NCBI RefSeq assembly: GCF_006345805.1 | Contig: NW_021829635.1 | Span: 1 to 45,274 of the forward strand | Length of the DNA: 45,274 nt | Reading direction: 5' to 3' | Origin: Octopus sinensis | Taxonomy: Eukaryota | Shown: one piece after another, positions 37,732 to 45,274 of the stretch | How the letters are laid out: each line of letters begins with the position of its first letter | How positions within the stretch are numbered: position 1 is the first letter of the stretch | Notes under the pieces: model-generated | What the model was told of the DNA's origin: nothing | Databases searched by the model: none | What the model saw: the letters and a program-made list of their open reading frames with translations, nothing else | Program-made: the position numbers and the translations under genes

Positions 37732-37968
37732 TAATAATAATACTAATACTACTATGTTATTTTTGGAGGAATCTGCCGTCGTCATCATAAACATTAAAGC
37801 GCCATCACCTCCGCCACCATCACATCCACCACCATCATCGTCATCATCATCGTCATTGTCGTCGCCTCCACCACCATCACCGTCATCCTCATCGACCCCC
37901 AGCTCCACCTCAACCATCATCATCATTTCCATAATCATCATCGTCATCAACATCATTATCGTCGTCAT

Positions 37969-37999
<31 letters not shown>

Positions 38000-38085
38000 A
38001 TCATCATCATCATCATTACCACTACCACCACCACCAAGAGCAACAACATCAGCAGCATCATAATCATCACCACCGTCATCGACAT
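37622..38085. repeat. Compound trinucleotide block (CCT, TAC, TAA, CAT/CGT/CAC)
   Basis: Direct reading; generates homopolymeric pseudo-ORFs on both strands. Confidence 0.9.
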
Positions 38086-38404
38086 AAAATTATATTAAAC
38101 GTTGTTGTTGTTTTTGTTGTTGTTTAATCTTTGGAGTTTTTTTTTATTTTTACCTTTTATTGCTGTTGTTTTTTGTTCGTTTTTGCCTGTTATCGTTATT
38201 ATCATTTTCATCGTTTTCGTCCCAAAACTGATAGTTACCGCCATCACTTCCACCAACATCATCACTATAACTAATGTTGCTGTTGTTCTTCTAATTCATA
38301 TTTCATGCCCATACTTTAGTAGGTGACATGGTAAAAAGAAGCAAGTTGAAACATGAGTTCGATCTCCGACCGGAGCCATCAATATTGACACTTGAACCTA
38401 CGGC

Positions 38405-38578
38405 AGAAACTGAGCTGGCAGAGTCCATTAGAACATTGGGTTTTGGTTCCAAGGTCAACTTTGCCATTCATCTCTCCAATATCGATGAAATAAGGAGCTA
38501 TTCAAAAAGTGGCGTCGATGCAATTGACTAAACCTTCAACTCCTAAAATTGCCGGCCTTGTGCCAAAATTTGAAACCG
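38405..38578 (+). mobile_element. Highly degenerate family A SINE
   Basis: GAGCTGGCAGAGTCC..AAGGTCAACTTTGCCATTCATC..GGCCTTGTGCCAAAATTTGAAACC. Confidence 0.55.
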
Positions 38579-38744
38579 CGGCTCGATTTATGTGGTGTTC
38601 CTTGGATACGCCTGAGTGGTATTCCCCACCCTTACTAGCGAATTTGTTTGGTGGAATTTTTAATTTTGCAAATTGTTATTGATATTTATTGTTTACACCT
38701 TTCTATATAAATCTCTACTGTATTGGCAGTCAATAAATACAAAT

Positions 38745-38801
<57 letters not shown>

Positions 38802-38804
38802 TAT

Positions 38805-39361
38805 CGAGTGAGAGAGCAGTGCATGCCATCAAAGTGACACTGGGGTAAAATATACGAAGCCCAGTATACACATCATGACTACCCGTCTGATAAGGGTACA
38901 CCAAGTACATGTATCACAACCATGTGTGCGTGATATGGTGATCTCATAACAAGATAAACAGCGCATGACCTTGCAGGTGGGGCTCAGTTAGAATTTTCTT
39001 CAGGTCGAGTAGCCCATCCGGCTCAAAAGGTCTCTGAATAAGGGTTGTTTAAGGATAGTGAATGAAACACCTATATTTCCAGAAGTGAATTATTCAAACC
39101 CCAAAGATTTCCTCTCAACACGTAGCTACGATGCTACCCCACTACTTATGCTCGTGATCAGACATGCATATATCATCATCCACCAAGGGACATGCTCAAC
39201 TGGTTAAGGTAAAACAACTGACAAGCAGATCTGTGGAACTGAGCAGAATATTTGCTGTAGCCCATCTTTTACACCAAGACAAAACATATAAATGGCAACA
39301 CTTCCAATCTGTTAAGCTCACAAGCCATGAGAGCCAGTACTTGGTATTGTATCAGAGTATT
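38805..39361 (-). mobile_element. About 555-bp non-coding element embedded in (TAA)n, possibly a non-autonomous R4/Dong-type retroposon
   Basis: Complex sequence with (TTA)n directly on both flanks; recalled as an abundant octopus repeat. The Dong link is inferred only from the known TAA-repeat targeting of Dong. Confidence 0.5.
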
Positions 39362-39377
39362 TATTATTATTATCATG

Positions 39378-39446
<69 letters not shown>

Positions 39447-39459
39447 GTTATTATTATTA

Positions 39460-39822
39460 TCTCTATATATATAAACGGCAAAATGTCTGCGTGTGTGTCC
39501 TTTATAGAAATCCACAATTTTTCAGTTAGAGGGCTCGCACTTTCTATGGTCATATAAAACCGTCCAAGGGTGGTCGTGCACATCTTTACATTTCCCCAGT
39601 CACCCCGCAAAGCAATTAAAAAATCAGTAGAAGTGATTTTTGGTGAATTTTCTATCCAAAACCCAATCAAAATGCCCGAAACTTGATACGCCAATTGAAT
39701 GCCAGCTAGCTGTATGTGATTGGTCGGAGATTTGGACAGTACTCGCGTGTATGTGCGCTAGCACGCAGCTGTATATGCATGCACTAGTACTATGACCCGG
39801 CAACGCCGGATCATAGTGCTAG
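39460..39822 (+). mobile_element. Non-autonomous Helitron inserted in (ATT)n
   Basis: 5' A|TCTCTATATATATAAACGG; 3' CCGGCAACGCCGG hairpin plus CTAG|T. Confidence 0.85.
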
Positions 39823-39825
39823 TTA

Positions 39826-39875
<50 letters not shown>

Positions 39876-39877
39876 CA

Positions 39878-39912
<35 letters not shown>

Positions 39913-40228
39913 TTACAATATGAAAAGGTATGAATGTTGACCTTCCCATATTTCACCTCTAAAAGCATCTAATATTCGCGTCCACTTAAAACTAAACAAA
40001 ACATTTTTTGTTTTTGTTTTGTTTTTTTTAAACTGTTGTGTATTTTGACAAAGTTCCTAATTCGTCACTGGAGGCGTTGTTACTCCTGTAGTCTTTGTTG
40101 ATGCTGCTATTGTTGTTGTTTGTATTATTTTTGTTGTGCTATTATTGTTATTTTTGTTGTTGCTTTTGTTAATGTTGTAACTGTTGCTGCTATTTCAACT
40201 GCTGTTACTGATATGTTTGTTTTTACTA

Positions 40229-40231
40229 CCG

Positions 40232-40278
<47 letters not shown>

Positions 40279-40306
40279 GCTGTTGTTGTTGTTGTTGTTG
40301 TTGTTA
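40229..40306. repeat. (GTT)n microsatellite
   Basis: Direct reading. Confidence 0.95.
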
Positions 40307-40845
40307 CTGTTGTAATAGTTGTGATTGTTGATGCGTTCGCCGACATTGTTGTCATGGTTATTATTATTTTAACTGAAGAATTTCTTTTTTTTTCTTTTTT
40401 GTAGTGTGTTTGTCGCTGATGTTGTTAATATTGTTCCAACTACTTTATGATAATGCTGCTGAGGATATTTTGTTGTTATAGATATTGTTTACAACATACA
40501 AAAACAAAAACAGTAGAAACAAAAAAAAAACCTAAACGAGGAAGAGTCTACGCATTTTTTTCCAGCCCACGACCGCCTGTGGTTATAATACTATTGTTGT
40601 AGTTGTTTTTCATGGTGGCCGTTGTTGGTGGTGTTACTGCTGCTGCTTCTATTTTTGTTTATCTTATTATTATTGTCATAAAATATGTATCTGTTTATCA
40701 CGTTCTCCTCTGCCTTCCTCGTTCGCTCTTTGTCTTTATTTACGCTCTGCAACGCTGTTGTTTCAATCTTTCTCTCATTCGCTAAATTTACTTTGCAGTT
40801 TCTCCGTCCCCTCAGCTATTTCTCTCCCTTGTCATATCACTTCCA

Positions 40846-40867
40846 TCCATCCATCCATCCATCCATG

Positions 40868-40915
<48 letters not shown>

Positions 40916-40997
40916 ATCTATCTATCTACCTACATACCTACTACCTACTATCCATCTACATCTATCTATCTATCTATCTATCTATCTTCTGCTATCT

Positions 40998-41045
<48 letters not shown>

Positions 41046-41050
41046 GCTAT
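40846..41050. repeat. (TCCA)n/(TATC)n microsatellite
   Basis: Direct reading. Confidence 0.9.
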
Positions 41051-41839
41051 CTATTTAACTTTATATCACTCACGTTCTATCAGGCTATCTCTCTCGTTCT
41101 CTCGTAGCTTATCTTTCATCTAAGCAATAAGGATAACACAAAAGATAATTGGAAAAAGACGTGAAAAAAAGAAAAAAGTCTACAAAAAATGCACTTCTTA
41201 AAATATTTACATATATATAAATATACACATACATACACGTACATATATATATAGGCACAAACCCACACATATGCATATATGTATGGATAAATGCATGAAT
41301 GCATAGATATATACTCATATAAAATTATTCCTAAATATAACCAAAAATAATCATATGAAACAACCAGCCCCAACAAAAAAAGAACTATTATATTACAAGA
41401 TATACATGTGAAAATATTCATATCAAAAATATATTCATATGATTATGCTCATAAAAATATTAATGTAAAAATATTCATGTATAAATCATCTTGATATATC
41501 TGTGTCTCTATGTGTGTGGGGGGGGCACGTGTGTGTGCGTATAAATTTGCGTGTAATAAATTATAACATGTTATATCTCTGTGTGTGTGTGTTGTGTTTG
41601 TGTGTATGTGTGTGTATGTGAGTGTGTGTGTGTAGTAACATCCAGTAAGTCAATGACTCTATGAAATATTTTGTCGACCGTTGTCTAATAGACTGTGCAC
41701 TAGATACCTTAACGTCTTCCAGTCTGTGGGTTAATAATAATAACGGAATATTGAAATCTAAGAAAAATGTGTATAGAAATGTTTGCGGTCTTAGATATTT
41801 TTAGACAGTAGGAAATATATATCTACCTATCTCTCTCTC

Positions 41840-41904
<65 letters not shown>

Positions 41905-41909
41905 GTCTG

Positions 41910-41946
<37 letters not shown>

Positions 41947-41962
41947 ATCTATCTATCTATCT

Positions 41963-42028
<66 letters not shown>

Positions 42029-42054
42029 TAGATTTATATATATATATATAATAT

Positions 42055-42131
<77 letters not shown>

Positions 42132-42380
42132 AATATATATATAATAATATATATATTATAAGAATAAGGAAGAAAATGCTGACAAAATTTAAGTAAGGGA
42201 GAGTGTATTTAATTAGGTGAAAGTTCTTTTTACCGGTTGCGCATTTGTTATGCTTATCAAAAGATATTTTTTAAGAGTGATAGAGTTCCTTTCTGATAGA
42301 TTTTTTCTCTTATCTGACTTTATGTTGTTTGCTGTCTCTTATATGTGGAAAAGGCTCCAGAGTTTTTTAAGATTTGCTTG

Positions 42381-42591
42381 TTTCGCGCCTAAAATTTCTT
42401 GTGGACAATGGGCAATACAATTTTGATTGGTCATTATAAAGGGGTCACGTGAATGTTCGAATGGAAGTTGGTGTTGGGGTAAGAAAATAGGCTCCAGAGA
42501 TGTTGAAATTTGGCTAGTGTCGCGCCTAAAATTTCTTATTGGTCATAATAAAGAGGTCACGTGGATGTGGTCATAATAGAGAGGTCACGTG
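42381..42591. promoter_or_regulatory. Repeated CCAAT + GTCACGTG + E2F-like motif cluster
   Basis: TTTCGCGCC at 42381 and TGTCGCGCC at 42518; ATTGG at 42426 and 42538; GTCACGTG at 42444, 42556 and 42584; built from a decayed about 135-bp duplication. Confidence 0.3.
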
Positions 42592-43147
42592 AATGTTTAG
42601 AATGAATGTTGGTGTGAGTGGTGTATGGAGTTTTCGAAAATAGCGTTGTTGAAAATTCTTATTGTTCAGGCTGGTCAGTAGACGTCATGTGGATATTTTA
42701 AATAGCTTTTTAGCGCGTAGTTAAGGAGTGTATTTTCCGCTTGACTGAATTTGAGCTGGATAAGTAAGTTCGTTTAGGACAGGAAGAGCTATATGTATGT
42801 ATGTGTGCGCGTGTGTGTGTGTTTATATGTATGTTGGGGCGCGCGCGTGTATATATGTGTGCGTGTGTGGGTACAATTTTCAATATTTATAGTTCTGCTG
42901 GCCTTGTGCCTCTATTGGGAAAAGCCACGTGTTTGTGAAGTCAATATTTACAGTCATTTCCAAAAAATAGTGTTGGATGTTTTGCACCCGTATCAAATTA
43001 TGTGTATGTGTGGAACCATATATTTGCGTGTGTCATGGTGTTAATATCTGGGTAAAAGTTTGTGTAGGGTGTGTGCAGGTGTGTGTTTGTTGTGGGTTCG
43101 TGTTAGGGGGATGTGTTAAGAAGTGGTCTGTATTTATTAATAAGGTG

Positions 43148-43304
43148 TGAGAAAGTGTGGTGAAAGGGTACAGCAGGGATCACCACCCCCTGCCGGAGCG
43201 TCGTGGAGCTTTTAGGTGTTTTCGCTCAATAAACACACATAACGCCCGGTCTGGGAATCGAAACGCGAGTCCGCTGCCTTAACCACTGGGCCATTGCGCC
43301 TCCA
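43148..43304 (-). mobile_element. SINE family D, 5' part
   Basis: Matches 22670-22838 (GGCGCAATGGCCCAGTGGTTAAGGCAGCGGACTCGCG...). Confidence 0.85.
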
Positions 43305-43381
43305 CATATATGTATTATATAATATATTATATATATATATATATAATATATAATATATATATATATATATAATATATATAT

Positions 43382-43435
<54 letters not shown>

Positions 43436-43860
43436 ATTATATATTATTATATATATAATATATATATATATAGTATATATTAAATATATATATGATATAT
43501 ATATATATATATAAGTTAGTAGTATTAGAGGTTGGAATAACAGCCTAAGGGTAAAAATATCCGTTTTGCTACCGGTATAATTACCTATGTTAACCCTGGC
43601 CATACATATGGAAGTATATTATGCTCATAAGATACAAGCAATGACAAAGATAAATATGAGTTTATCAGGAATCAAATTTGAAATAAACAAAAAATGGGGA
43701 AATATTGATCAACAACAATCGACTAACATCGATTATTACTTTTTAATATACACACTTTATCTCTAACAGCCGTTTCTGCTTTCAATGTTCCACGGTATTG
43801 CTATAGAAAATTTTGAAAAAAGCAAAGAAAAGAAAAAGAACAAAGATATGGAGGAGAGAC

Positions 43861-44058
43861 GATGAAGAAGAAGAAGAAGAAAAAGAAGAAGAAGAAAAGA
43901 AAAGAAGAAAAGAAGAGAAGAAGAAGAAAGAAGAAAAGAGAAGAAGAAAGAAGAAGAAGAAGAAGAAGAGAAAAAAGAAGAAAAGAAAAGAAGAAGAAGA
44001 GAAGAATAAGAAGAAGAAGAAGAAGAAAAGAAAAGAAGAAGAAGAAGAAGAGAAGAAG
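43861..44058. repeat. (GAA)-rich purine tract
   Basis: Direct reading. Confidence 0.9.
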
Positions 44059-44374
44059 GCGTAATATATTTAAATCATACCATTTTTGAAAACGTTACAT
44101 ATGCAAAATTTTATATATATATATATATATATATGTATGCATGTATGTATGTATGTATAATATATATATACATATATATATAAATTGTATATATATATAT
44201 GTATGTGTGTAGTGTACATAAATATATACATCTATAAATTATAAATATATATATATATGTATATATAAATATTCTAAATATATATTTTGTACACACATAT
44301 ATATATACATGCATATATTGTACATATATTACATGCATATATTGTACATATATACATCTGCATGTATATATATA

Positions 44375-44759
44375 GGCGCAGGCGTAGATATGCGGTAAGA
44401 AACTCGCTTCCCAACTACAATATTTCCGGGTTTAGTCCTCTGCGTGACAGCCCTTGTACGAGTTCCTTCTACAATAGCCTCGGGCCAACCAAAGCCTTGG
44501 GAATGGATTTGGTAGACGGCAAGTGAAAGAAGTCCGTCATATATATTCTATTATTACTTGTTTCATTAATTTGACTGCGGGCCCTGCTAGAGCACCGCCT
44601 TTAGTGAGGGGCTGAAGTCGCTTATATCGACCCCAGTGTGTAACTGGTACTTATTTATCGACCCACAAAGATGAAGAGTAAAGTCGACCTCGGCGGAATT
44701 TCAGCTCAGAAAGTAGCGGCAGACGAAATTATCACTAAGCAATTCATCCGGCGTGCTAA
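44375..44759. mobile_element. Mixed SINE fragments: family B head (+, 44375-44546), family B tail (-, about 44550-44604), family A core (-, about 44606-44759)
   Basis: Motif matches to the families defined above. Confidence 0.75.
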
Positions 44760-45274
44760 ATGGCAGCCATTTTAGGCTTCGCACGCCTGTGCTTTTTCTA
44801 AAACTTGCACCATAACACCCTAAATAATTTTAGACCACACATCTCTGATTTCTCTATTGATGTTCTCCTTCAGTTGCACTAGGGTATCCGGTTTGTTGAA
44901 GTATGCCCTCTCTTTCATGTATCCATGATTGAGACCTTTTTGCGCCCAGCCATTCAAAGTAGACCTCGCACATGATTCCAGCAAGATGGTGCAACTGCCA
45001 TATCACAAGAAAAAACCATGCCGTTGCTACGGCAGTGCTTTGGAGAGAGATAATCTCCCACTACGGTAATTCAGCTTGCCTTCATGTTTGCCAGACTTGA
45101 CTAGCCCGATTTTCTGGTGGAGATAACTGAAAGAGAGGGTTTACGTGAACAAACCGGAGACCTGGGTGCAACTGAAGGAGAACATCAATAGAGAAATCAG
45201 AGAAGTAGGGACTGAAACTCTGGAGGGTGTTATGGTATAAGGTTTGGAAAAGCAACGGCACGCGAAGCCGAAAA
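44755..45274. mobile_element. DD41D (rosa-type) Tc1/mariner relic with inverted duplication of the transposase C-terminus; runs off the window end
   Basis: Plus strand from 44976, after frameshift repair: FQQDGATAH..TM..LRQCFGERIIS....WPSCLPDLTSPDF..LKERVYVNKPET, with 41 residues between the last two Asp. 44755-44927 on the minus strand encodes a diverged second copy, YMKERAYFNKPDTLVQLKENINREIR...NGCHL. Confidence 0.75.

Noticed and set aside
37460-38098. Long poly-N/T/S/P/I and poly-D/G/L ORFs
   Set aside because: Compound trinucleotide microsatellites open on both strands.
43813-44089. K/E/R-rich ORFs
   Set aside because: Product of the (GAA)-rich tract.

Overview
AT-rich, microsatellite-saturated animal genomic DNA (intronic or intergenic), most consistent with an octopus/coleoid cephalopod. 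That assignment is inferred from my recollection of the SINE and transposon families, not from a database search. No intact protein-coding gene is evident, and nearly all long ORFs in the track are translated simple repeats. The window is a mosaic of mobile-element relics. It holds about 20 tRNA-derived SINE copies in at least 4 families, a 3' fragment of a Tx1-like L1 LINE, six Helitron pieces (one with RepHel relics), a hAT/Charlie MITE with its TSD, three mariner relics, a DD41D (rosa-type) transposase relic arranged as an inverted repeat, and a (TAA)n-embedded element. The most notable structure is a 1.96-kb fold-back (26142-28102) built from two head-to-head copies of a Penelope-like element 3' end that encode a GIY-YIG endonuclease relic. 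Each arm ends in a minimal hammerhead-ribozyme-like motif with a non-canonical CCGANGA (U4C) core and the near-palindromic stem III GAAACTCAGAGT. The same motif recurs in an otherwise dissimilar fragment at 33604-33641. A second 0.93-kb fold-back lies at 7557-8482. Weak candidates for host-gene exons (minus strand, 11043-11167 and 24220-24364) and a CCAAT/E-box/E2F-motif cluster (42381-42591) are reported at low confidence.
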